This document shows positions 39,184 to 48,125 of a stretch of DNA of 64,000 bases, in pieces. The stretch's first letter is position 1. Each line of letters begins with the position of its first letter. A program made the translations under genes and the position numbers. The stretch comes from an uncultured Acidobacteriaceae bacterium. GTDB taxonomy: Bacteria > Acidobacteriota > Terriglobia > Bryobacterales > Bryobacteraceae. The DNA is taken from assembly GCA_963803455.1 (NCBI GenBank), contig CAWDMK010000009.1:358-64357 (forward strand). The letters are read 5' to 3'. The notes beneath the pieces were generated by a model. It was given only the letters and a program-made list of their open reading frames with translations, was not told the DNA's origin and made no database searches.

Positions 39184-39246
39184 GCTCTCCTCCCTTCCGC
39201 TACTCCCACCTGTCTGCCATCCAGTGTCATTCTAGCCGCGCGGTTT
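39048..39246. repeat. Direct repeat copy B (about 200 bp)
   Basis: See copy A at 36398-36596. Confidence 0.8.
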
Positions 39247-39329
39247 CGCCGCATGACCACGCACCGAGGGAATTCATCTGGACGCGGAGATGGTCGCCGC
39301 GCGGGGGTAGATTAGAATAGCGTATTTTC

Positions 39330-41009
39330 ATGAGGCCACGACCCGGGTTCAAGAAGGGCCGCCCGTTCGCCGCCACAGGCCTCGTCATCGTGTGTGCCTT
39401 CCCCGCGTTTTCCGCCCAGCCCTGTAGCGCCTGTCACCCAAGAGAAGTGCAGGGTTTCCTCGCGACGCCGATGGGTCAATCCATAGGACCGCCTGGGCGC
39501 GGACGTTCCGGCACCTTCTACCACAGCCTTTCCGGAACTCGCTTCACCATTCGTTCATTCCCCGGTCACATGACCCAGCGCATGGAGCGTGACGGTCTCG
39601 CATCGCAGTACTCCATCGCCTATTCGCTCGGCTCCGGGGCGCATGCCGTCGCTTATCTCATCGAGGTTGGCAACCACCTCTTTGAGTCGCCCTTGAGCTA
39701 TTACGCAACGTCCGGATGGGGCATGTCACCCGGCTACGAGAATTTGAAGGCTCCGGATTTCTACCGCGCTGTTCGGCCGCAGTGCCTTTTTTGCCACGTC
39801 GGGGAGGCGCGTCCGATAGCCGGTACAGTAAACGCCTACCGCAACCCGCCGTTTGCAGCGGAAGCCATTACCTGCGAGCGATGCCACGGCCCCACGACGG
39901 CGCACCTCCGCAATCCAGTGCCAGGATCGATCATCAATCCTGCAAAGCTCCCGCCGCGCGCCCGCGACAGCGTTTGCGAGCAGTGCCATTTGAGCGGCGA
40001 AGTCGGCATTCCGAATCCTGGCAAACAGATTACTGATTTTCACGCTGGTGAGAATCTCGAAGACGTCTACACGGTTTACGTTTATCAGTCGTCGCGACGC
40101 CCTGCGCACCCGAACGCTCTCACGATCATCAGCCAGTCGCAGCAACTCGCGTTGAGTAAATGTGCGCGGAAGAGCGGCGATAAGCTATGGTGCGGCACTT
40201 GCCACGATCCGCATGCGCTCCCGCAGAATCCAGTCGCCTATTTTCGCGCCCGCTGCCTCCAGTGCCACGGCGCGGCGCTCTTGGCGTCGCATCCCAAGCC
40301 CAACCAAAATTGCTTCGGCTGCCACATGCCGCGCCTGCCCGCAGGACAAGGCGGGCACACCATCTTCACCGACCATCGCATCGCCATCTATACCCCGCGA
40401 GAACTGGCCGAATTGCGTGCCCCCTCCCTTTTGAACGGCAGCGCCCCGGCAACCAATGAAGATGAGCTGGTACCGTGGCACAATCCTCCGCCCCAGTTTG
40501 CGGAACGCAACTTGGGCCTTGCCTATGCACGGGTCGGCACTCAATTGGAGTCCTTTCCGTTCGTTAGCCGCGGTTATCAGCTGTTGCTTTCGGCATCGAA
40601 TGATTTTCCGAACGATCCGGTTTTGCTGAGGGCGATGGGCAAGGTTATAAGTGGGACAAAAGCAGAGACAGACGCGGAGGCCCTATTCGAAAAAGCGCTT
40701 GCCGCCGAACCCGACTCAGCTTTGATCTACGATGACATGGCTGCTGCCGCGGAAAACGCCGGAGATACTGAGAACGCGATCAAATATCTCGAGAAGACAC
40801 TGCAGCTCGATCCTTTCCTCGTACCTCCTTACGAGCATCTCGCCCGGCTTTATGCCGCCAATCACCAATTAGCGCTCGCACACCAAACTTACGTACGCTT
40901 CCTTAAGGCTTTCCCCGAAAATATCGAAGCCAAGCGGCACATACTTCGCAGCTCCGACGGTTTCCACACCGATAACGCCAGGCCGGGGGCCCCGCCATCA
41001 CGACCGTGA
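39330..41009 (+). CDS. Heptahaem c-type cytochrome with a C-terminal TPR domain
   Basis: Seven CxxCH motifs (CSACH, CLFCH, CERCH, CEQCH, CGTCH, CLQCH, CFGCH), a signal peptide, and TPR-like repeats in the last ~170 aa. Confidence 0.85.
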   Translation: MRPRPGFKKGRPFAATGLVIVCAFPAFSAQPCSACHPREVQGFLATPMGQSIGPPGRGRSGTFYHSLSGTRFTIRSFPGHMTQRMERDGLASQYSIAYSLGSGAHAVAYLIEVGNHLFESPLSYYATSGWGMSPGYENLKAPDFYRAVRPQCLFCHVGEARPIAGTVNAYRNPPFAAEAITCERCHGPTTAHLRNPVPGSIINPAKLPPRARDSVCEQCHLSGEVGIPNPGKQITDFHAGENLEDVYTVYVYQSSRRPAHPNALTIISQSQQLALSKCARKSGDKLWCGTCHDPHALPQNPVAYFRARCLQCHGAALLASHPKPNQNCFGCHMPRLPAGQGGHTIFTDHRIAIYTPRELAELRAPSLLNGSAPATNEDELVPWHNPPPQFAERNLGLAYARVGTQLESFPFVSRGYQLLLSASNDFPNDPVLLRAMGKVISGTKAETDAEALFEKALAAEPDSALIYDDMAAAAENAGDTENAIKYLEKTLQLDPFLVPPYEHLARLYAANHQLALAHQTYVRFLKAFPENIEAKRHILRSSDGFHTDNARPGAPPSRP

Positions 41010-41148
41010 GGCGGGCTGGCGCAAGCGGACCATTGCGATTGGCAGTGCTGGTACTGCGAGTCACAACCCCATTCGTGCCCATTACCGCCCTCCCCTCCGA
41101 TAAAATATTCCCGGAGCAATAGTTACGTTCACCGCCACAGCCGATCTC

Positions 41149-42337
41149 ATGTTGCCGAGCACCACTACCGGATCGTTTCCACGCCCGCGCTGGTTTGACG
41201 TGAGCATGTGGGGGCGGCCTCTGGACACCTGCATGCTCGATGTTCGCTTTCGCGAGAAATTCCAGGATGCGCTAGCGTTGGTGATCAGCGATCAACAACG
41301 TGCCGGGCTCGACGTTTTAAGTACCGGCGATTTCCACCTCGATGAGGACCTCGCCGGCCGCGCCTGGCATCACTATCCCCTGCAGCGCTGGGCAGGATTC
41401 GAGGGCGACTATCTGCAACCCGAAGAGACCACCGCGCCCTGGCTGCACTATCCCCCCGGCACGCTTCTGAACGAAATCTATACCGGCTGGCGTTGGCCTC
41501 ACGTTGTCGACAAAATCGAGCACCGCCCGCTCTCTTACGCAAAGATTTGGCGTCTCGCGCAAGCGCGGGCCAACAAACCCGTGAGGTTCGGAACCTGCTC
41601 CTCACAGGTGATGGCCTTATTCCTCGACATTCACACGCCGAAATATAAGGACAAGCGTGAAGTCATTTGGGATATGGCCCTCGCGATGAACAAGGAGCTA
41701 CTCGAGCTGCGCGACGCGGGCTGCCGCTGCATCCAGATTGAAGAGCCGACGTTCCACTTCATGGCCAACACTTACGGCAAAGACCATGAGGAGGTTCAGT
41801 TCATGGTCGATGCGTTCAACCGCGAGGTGCAGGGCCTAGATGACGTCGAGCTTTGGATTCACACCTGTTGGGGAAATCCAAACATGCAGCGCGTGATGGA
41901 AGACACGAGCTATGCGAATTCCATCGAGATCTATCTTGAGCGCTGCCGGGGCGATATCTGGACTCTCGAGATGAAGGATCGCAACCAGAAAGACCTCGAA
42001 TTGTTTGCGGCCATTCCGCAACTCCCTGAAGAAAAAGATATGCATTGGAGTGGTCAGCCATCGCGTGCTGCAGGCAGATCGGCCCGACGACGTTGCGAGT
42101 GAGATCCGCAAGGCCCTCCAGTACATACCGGCCGAGAAACTCATCCTTTCGAGCGATTGCGGATTCGGCCGGCAAGGCTGTAACCGGGAGATTGCTTTCT
42201 ATAAGTCCAGTGCCATCGCGCAAGGGTGCAATATCGTGCGGCGCGAGCTTGGATTTCGAGTCACGGACGTACCGGCAGCCAATGCGATGCTGCAAGTAGA
42301 CACAGTTCCGGGACGAGCTCGCGCCGAGAGCGCCTGA
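41149..42337 (+). CDS. Cobalamin-independent methionine synthase II family (MetE C-terminal-like) protein, frameshifted near 42030
   Basis: TTGSFPRPRWF, IQIEEPTFH and HTCWGN. After the shift it continues ICIGVVSHRVLQADRPDDVASEIRKALQYIPAEKLILSSDCGFG (ORF 42005..42337). Confidence 0.75.
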
Positions 42338-42392
42338 CTCGATTTGTTGCGCAGTTTCAATTACACAGAAGAATTTCGCGAACGGCTTCGTA

Positions 42393-42921
42393 TCATTTGC
42401 CGCGAATTGGTTGGGTACGTTGGCCAACTTCAAAACCTACCGCTCCTTGGGCGGTGCCGCGCACTTCTGCGATCACCGAGAGATTCTTCCGCATAGTTTG
42501 AACGCGTCGCCGGCCTGCCTCAGATCCCTCCACAAGCCGCTCAATACTGATTAGAAACTCAGGCAAATTCATTTTCTCCCGGAACTCCGCCAGGTATGGT
42601 TGGATCTTGGCGTATTGGAAATACATCTCCTGGCAAGTGTCATAGACAAGGGCCTCGTCGAGTGCACCGCTCGACACGAATGCAGCCACCATGTCCCAAT
42701 ACCCATAGACCTGAAGAATGAAGCCGGTTCGTCTGCCTCCGGCACTAACGAGTTCGACAAACTCACTCGGCGGACCGGGGCATAAACTCCCCACCGACGT
42801 AAGAGCGCGCTTCCCGCATTACGGTCTCGCGCCGCAGTTCGTACAGCTTCACAATCAGTTCCGCTTGCCGGATCGAATCGTTGCCTGTCGTTTTCTCTGT
42901 CGCCCTCTTTTGTGCTCCCAT
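42393..42921 (-). CDS. Conserved hypothetical protein, frameshifted near 42775
   Basis: MGAQKRATEKTTGNDSIRQAELIVKLYELRRETVMREARSYVGGEF (start 42921) continues in ORF 42393..42794 as PPSEFVELVSAGG... Confidence 0.45.
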
Positions 42922-42944
42922 CGATTATCCGTTCCCCCATCTCT

Positions 42945-43448
42945 TCAGTCTGCCGGCAGCCTGAGTTCCGCGTAGGAACATCCCAATTCGCCGCACAGCA
43001 CTTCTACCACGAGCTCATGATCGGCGCGCTGCGGCAGTCCCGAAACCGCTACCGATCCAATCACGCCCGATCCTGCGACTGCAATTGGAAATGATCCGCC
43101 ATGCGCCGCAAAGTCCGTCAGAGCCAGCCCGAAACGGTCAGCCAAGGTCGTGTTCTTTTGCTGCAGTTCGAGCCCCAATCCATAAGAGCTCCGATGAAAT
43201 CGCGCGACCACATTCGATTTCCGCTTCGCCCAATCCGCATTATCGGGCGTGCTGCCCACCAGTGCGCAGAAAAAGAGTAGCTGCCCGAATCGCCGCACAT
43301 CGATGACCAGTGGCGCACTCCGCGCAACCGCCATGTCACGCAGCCGGCAACCCATCTTCCACGCTGCTTCTTCGTCGAATTTCTGAAACTTCAGCCGCTG
43401 TTCCTGCTTGGCGATGATTGCAAGATCTTCGCTAACGCCCACAGTCAC
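42945..43448 (-). CDS. UPF0303 / GlcG-like haem-degrading-domain protein
   Basis: ...AAHGGSFPIAVAGSGVIGSVAVSGLPQRADHELVVE... is typical of the family. Confidence 0.7.
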   Translation of the reverse strand: MTVGVSEDLAIIAKQEQRLKFQKFDEEAAWKMGCRLRDMAVARSAPLVIDVRRFGQLLFFCALVGSTPDNADWAKRKSNVVARFHRSSYGLGLELQQKNTTLADRFGLALTDFAAHGGSFPIAVAGSGVIGSVAVSGLPQRADHELVVEVLCGELGCSYAELRLPAD

Positions 43449-43868
43449 TCACGATATCGCAGATCGCCCACTCGAGAACGACATCGCGCGTTCAGACAGC
43501 CGGATACGGGTATTTCCGACAGGTGACCCGTCGCCCCGATGAAGTCCACTTCCAGAACGGAGTTCGTCAAATCACGATTGCCGATATGTGACAGCGCCGC
43601 TCGGAATAAGCCTCGTTGGCGGGACTGCGTAACGTTGGGAACGAGAATAACCGGCCCAGCATGCACTTCTTCTCGCGCATAGAGTGCACTGAAATCGAAG
43701 CGGTTGTTCGTGACGAATGTGTAATCCTCGTTTTCGGATTTTGGCCATCAATTGCCAGTCCTTCTGCCCACCCAGCCCGAGAAAATTGACGTGATCGCAG
43801 ATGTGCCCTGCGTCATGTGCGAGCCCAATCAGTGACGTGTGAAGACACTCATCGATCAGGAACCGCAT
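43445..43868 (-). CDS. DUF5615 (PIN-like/Mut7-C) toxin candidate, frameshifted near 43730
   Basis: MRFLIDECLHTSLIGLAHDAGHICDHV...DWQLMAKIRK | EDYTFVTNNRFDFSALYAREEVHAGPVILVPN joins ORFs 43572..43868 and 43445..43666. Its start overlaps the stop of the DUF433 gene. Confidence 0.6.
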
Positions 43869-44443
43869 TAAGTCGCGGGTTGCTGAGTAGAGCGACGTGG
43901 CCTATGCTTGGTCCACGGACGCGCAGCAGGTCTACCCCGCCGAGGAAACGCCCTCACATACATCGGCGCCAGTTCGATCTTTTGCCGGGTCAGAGCCGGA
44001 TAACCTTCTAAGATCTCCTCAACCGTCGCGCCTTGCGAAAGCATGTCAGCAACGGCATCCACAGGGATGCGAGTCCCCTTATATACCGGCGTACCGCGCA
44101 TGATTTCCGCATCCGACTCCACCATCCGGGCCGCCTGAGCCAAGCGCCGCAGCCCTGTATCGACCTCCCTGCGCGCCGATTTACATTCAATCAAGACGAC
44201 ACTCCCCTCTGAAAGGGCCATGAAATCGAGGCTCGGATCTCGTTCGACCGCTTTCGCCACCCGTCGTCGAGTAGCCAGAGGTAGCGCTTTCAAGCCTTTG
44301 GCTTCCATGCGCAGGTATACCGCCTGGGATTTTGACAGGACGCGCTGAATGGCACACCCCTTGCGGACCCACTTCGGGCGGATCAACTTATACTCAATCG
44401 TCTTGTGCACGGCTGGTAACGGAAGGTCGGTAATAGCAGACAC
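43868..44443 (-). CDS. DUF433 antitoxin-like protein with an unusual ~115-aa N-terminal extension
   Basis: The C-terminal MRGTPVYKGTRIPVDAVADMLSQGATVEEILEGYPALTRQKIE is the DUF433 core. The N-terminal part is unassigned. Confidence 0.65.
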   Translation of the reverse strand: MSAITDLPLPAVHKTIEYKLIRPKWVRKGCAIQRVLSKSQAVYLRMEAKGLKALPLATRRRVAKAVERDPSLDFMALSEGSVVLIECKSARREVDTGLRRLAQAARMVESDAEIMRGTPVYKGTRIPVDAVADMLSQGATVEEILEGYPALTRQKIELAPMYVRAFPRRGRPAARPWTKHRPRRSTQQPAT

Positions 44444-44882
44444 TTGAGCGGGGGTATAGCCTCCTTGTCGGTGGTCATCTCTATAATTCTACCCTGATTC
44501 GGGATAGATTAGCCCCTCAGGCCGCTCCAAGCTGTCGGTTGTTTCGACCTGAATAACGGAGGGACCAGCGCGAGCGCGAATCGAAGATTCTCGAAGCAAG
44601 CTCACGGCCACGTAATACGTTCAAGCGTAAGTCCCCATCTGAATATGGGGATTTTAAGCCGAAAAAGGCTCACTCGCCTCCGCAAGCTGGATAATTTAGG
44701 GGTTGCCGATCACTTCGGAGCAATTCGTCAACTAAACACGTCACCATTTGTTCAGACGTGTTCGGCAGCTTTTAGATACGCGAGCGCCGAAAACGTCGTG
44801 ACGGAAGTGTTTGTGTTATGCTCTGCGAAGCCTGCTCCTAACCACATACGCGCGATTCTGAGTTAGCGCAGGAAAGGCTTCA

Positions 44883-46589
44883 GTGGAATACATTCCTATT
44901 CGGGTCAGCGACATTATCCGGCAGGTAAATCGGGATCTCTACATCCCGGCCATTCAGCGGGAGTTCGAGTGGGGCACTGACCGTATCGAACGCCTCTTCG
45001 ACTCGATATTATCCGACTTTCCGATTGGATCGTTTCTCTACTGGCAACTGGGGCAGGAGAACAAGGACCAGTGGCCCGTCTATGAATTCATTCGCGACTT
45101 CAACGCCGAATGCCCGCACAATTCTCCTGCCGATATGGCTGGGATAGTAAAGGACACCACGCTCGTTTTGGACGGCCAGCAGCGAATAACTTCTTTATTC
45201 ATAGGTCTGCGGGGCTCGTATCGCCATTTCTACTATCGCTGGCGAAGGACCCGGCTCTACCTCAATCTCCTGAAACCGCCCATTCCGAACGAGGACAATC
45301 CAGAAGAACTGACCTACGGCTTTAAATTTCGAGAGACTGCCGAGCCAGAAGCAGACAAGCCTCAGTTATGGTATCCAGTGAGTCGGATTCTGGACTTCCC
45401 GAACGACGCAGAGGATGCGAAGTCAAATATCAGGCCCCAACTGGCGGCGTTGCCGGAAGCTCAGCGGGAGAATGCCTATAGGCTTATCGGCCGCTTGCAC
45501 AATCGCATTCACACGACCCTGGTAGGCAACTACTATCTGGAGAGATCGCAGGACTACGACAAGGTATTGCAAATTTTCGTGCGGGCAAACTCGGCGGGAA
45601 AAGCACTTGAATACTCCGATCTTTTGCTTGCGACGGCCACGGCGAAATGGGAGGCGCTGGATGCACGAAGCGAAATCTATACTTTTACGGATTCCCTGAA
45701 CAGGATAGGCACCGGATACAGCTTCGGCAAAGACTTCGTGTTGAAGGCCTGTCTGTACCTCAGCGAGAATCTACCCATCCAGTACAAAGTAAAGAACTTC
45801 AACAGAAAGAATCTTCGCACTATTGAACAAAATTGGGAGAAGATTAAGGAGTATCTATCGACGACGATACGGCTCATCGCCCGGTTCGGCTTCAACGCAA
45901 AGAACATCGTAGCTCCGCTAGCATTGCTTCCAATTGCTTTCTACCTCATGAAGCGTGGCAACTCGTCACTCGATACATCTTCGAACGCCGAGGATGCCCT
46001 TGTTCAGGTTGCGGTCCGTAAATGGTTCATTTTTTCGACTCTAAAGAACGCTTTCGGAGCATCAACTGATACCACCCTAACTCGATTGCGGGATGTTTTG
46101 ACTGCCTGCGGCCCTACAACGCCATTTCCCGCGGATACTCTCTTCAAGTCTGTAGGAATCGAACCAAGCCTCAGCGATCCCGAGATCGACCGCATACTGC
46201 AGTTTGGGTATCAGGGGCGGTACACGAACCTAGTATTGTCATTGCTCTATCCTGACCGCGATTGGAAGGATGCCGTCTTCCACGAGGATCACATATTCCT
46301 GCAGTCAGAGTTCCAAGTAGGCGCGCTCAGCAAGCGTGGATACGACGAAGCGAAGGTACAGTCCTATCTGGCTAAGTTGAATGCCCTGTCTAACCTTGAA
46401 TTGCTTACCGAAGCAGAGAACTTATCAAAAAACGCAACGCCTTTTGATAGCTGGATTCAGACACGAGACGTGGCTTTCCGTAAACGCCACTTGATTCCCG
46501 ATTTGCCCAGTTATGCGTTCGATTCCTTTGAGGAGTTCTCTCAGCGGCGAGGAGATCTGATAACGGCGGCTTTGAAAACGTTACACTGA
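44883..46589 (+). CDS. GmrSD-like type IV (modification-dependent) restriction endonuclease, DUF262 + DUF1524
   Basis: DUF262 motifs are IPAIQREFEW and LDGQQRITS. The C-terminal His-Me finger is FHEDHIF...NLELLTEAENLSKN. Sampled GC is about 33-50%, against about 60% in the flanks. Confidence 0.8.
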   Translation: MEYIPIRVSDIIRQVNRDLYIPAIQREFEWGTDRIERLFDSILSDFPIGSFLYWQLGQENKDQWPVYEFIRDFNAECPHNSPADMAGIVKDTTLVLDGQQRITSLFIGLRGSYRHFYYRWRRTRLYLNLLKPPIPNEDNPEELTYGFKFRETAEPEADKPQLWYPVSRILDFPNDAEDAKSNIRPQLAALPEAQRENAYRLIGRLHNRIHTTLVGNYYLERSQDYDKVLQIFVRANSAGKALEYSDLLLATATAKWEALDARSEIYTFTDSLNRIGTGYSFGKDFVLKACLYLSENLPIQYKVKNFNRKNLRTIEQNWEKIKEYLSTTIRLIARFGFNAKNIVAPLALLPIAFYLMKRGNSSLDTSSNAEDALVQVAVRKWFIFSTLKNAFGASTDTTLTRLRDVLTACGPTTPFPADTLFKSVGIEPSLSDPEIDRILQFGYQGRYTNLVLSLLYPDRDWKDAVFHEDHIFLQSEFQVGALSKRGYDEAKVQSYLAKLNALSNLELLTEAENLSKNATPFDSWIQTRDVAFRKRHLIPDLPSYAFDSFEEFSQRRGDLITAALKTLH

Positions 46590-46672
46590 CCCACACCCCG
46601 GAGAACGCTCTCGCCCAAGAACCCGGTTCGAGAGGAAAGCCCTCCACTCCCCCTACGCTAAACTTCCCTAGA

Positions 46673-48124
46673 ATGCTCGCCGAGCAATCCGCCGAAAATC
46701 CCCAAACCAACCCCACCCTGATCTCCGTTCTCGTCCCTCTCTACAACGAGGAAACCTACGTCACCGAATGCCTCAACCGCGTCCTGCGCGCCCCCTTCCC
46801 GCCCGGCACTTCGTTCGAAATCATCGTCGTTGACGACGGCTCAACCGATCAATCCCCCGACTTAGTCCTCGATCTCCAGCGCACCCAGCCCGCCATCCGC
46901 CTCATCCGTCAACCCCGCAATCGCGGAAAAGGCGCGGCGATCCGCACTGCAATCGACCACGCCGCGGGCGAATTCTGCATCATCCAAGACGCCGACCTCG
47001 AGTATTCTCCCGACGACTATCCCAAGCTTCTGAAGCCGCTCCTCGCCGGCGACGCCGATGCCGTATTCGGCTCCCGCTTCGCCTTCACGGGCGAGCGCCG
47101 CGTTCTTTACTTCTGGCACGCAGTCGCAAACCGCATTCTCACGACCGTCTGCAACATGGCCGCCGACGTGAATCTGTCCGACATGGAAACCTGTTACAAG
47201 GCCGCGCGTACCGCGCTACTGAAAAGCATTCCGCTTCGCTGTAACCGTTTCGGCATCGAGCCTGAGCTGACCATCAAGCTCGCTCAGCGTCGCGCGCGCA
47301 TGTACGAAACCTCCATCAGTTATCACGGCCGCACTTACGAAGAAGGCAAAAAAATCGGGTTCAAGGACGCCTGCCAGGCCTTGCTGGTGATTCTCTACTT
47401 CGGTCTCCTCAAGCGCGACATATATAAGGAGCGCGGCGCTGAGATCCTCGACACCCTCGCCGCCGCCCCGCGCTTCAACCGCTGGATGGCGGATACGGTT
47501 CGCCCCTTCCTCGGCAACTCCGTCATGGAAGTGGGTGCCGGCATCGGCAATTTGTCGGCACTGTTGTGCGCACGTCGAAAGCGCTACATCGCCTCCGATT
47601 TCGATCCCGAACATTTGGCTCATCTCAAGTCGCGCCTCGAGCACGCACCCAGCGTTCAAGTCGTCCGCGCCGACCTCGAGCGCACTGAAGATTTCCTGCC
47701 TTTCGAAGGCGAGCTCGAATCCGTCCTCTGCCTGAACGTCCTCGAGCACGTGAAAGACGATCGAGCCGGTCTGTCGAATATCTTCCGCGTCCTCCGTCCC
47801 GGCGGCAAAGCCATCGTCCTCGTGCCCGAGGGCATGGCCGTCTATGGCACTCTCGATGAGATCCTTGGTCACTACCGCCGCTATTCGGAGGAAGAACTAC
47901 GCGCTAAATTCGCCGAAACCGGCTTTCATCTCGAGACCACAATTCCCTTCAATCGGCCAACCCGGCCGGCCTGGTTCATGAACGGCCGCGTCTTGAAGCG
48001 CCGCAGATTCAGCCGCTTTCAAATCCTCGTGTTCGATCGCCTTGTGTGGCTATGGCGAAAAATCGACCGGCGCTTGCCCTGGAAACCCACGTCTATCATC
48101 GCCATCGGCGTGCGCCCCTCTTAG
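46673..48124 (+). CDS. Bifunctional GT2 glycosyltransferase / class I SAM-dependent methyltransferase
   Basis: GT2 part: ISVLVPLYNEE, VVDDGSTDQSP, IIQDADLEY. MTase part: VMEVGAGIGNL, LNVLEHVKDD, LRPGGKAIVLVP. Confidence 0.85.
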   Translation: MLAEQSAENPQTNPTLISVLVPLYNEETYVTECLNRVLRAPFPPGTSFEIIVVDDGSTDQSPDLVLDLQRTQPAIRLIRQPRNRGKGAAIRTAIDHAAGEFCIIQDADLEYSPDDYPKLLKPLLAGDADAVFGSRFAFTGERRVLYFWHAVANRILTTVCNMAADVNLSDMETCYKAARTALLKSIPLRCNRFGIEPELTIKLAQRRARMYETSISYHGRTYEEGKKIGFKDACQALLVILYFGLLKRDIYKERGAEILDTLAAAPRFNRWMADTVRPFLGNSVMEVGAGIGNLSALLCARRKRYIASDFDPEHLAHLKSRLEHAPSVQVVRADLERTEDFLPFEGELESVLCLNVLEHVKDDRAGLSNIFRVLRPGGKAIVLVPEGMAVYGTLDEILGHYRRYSEEELRAKFAETGFHLETTIPFNRPTRPAWFMNGRVLKRRRFSRFQILVFDRLVWLWRKIDRRLPWKPTSIIAIGVRPS

Positions 48125-48125
48125 C

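Noticed and set aside
41010-41148. Possible SAM or cobalamin riboswitch ahead of the MetE-like gene
   Set aside because: I could not find a B12 box or the conserved SAM-I junction sequences in the 140-nt leader. A covariance-model scan would be needed before claiming one.
47216-47872. 218-aa ORF antisense to the GT2-methyltransferase gene (similarly 59690..60373 antisense to pruA, and 16244..17041 in an alternative frame of the GT-C gene)
   Set aside because: These are shadow ORFs of confidently assigned genes.
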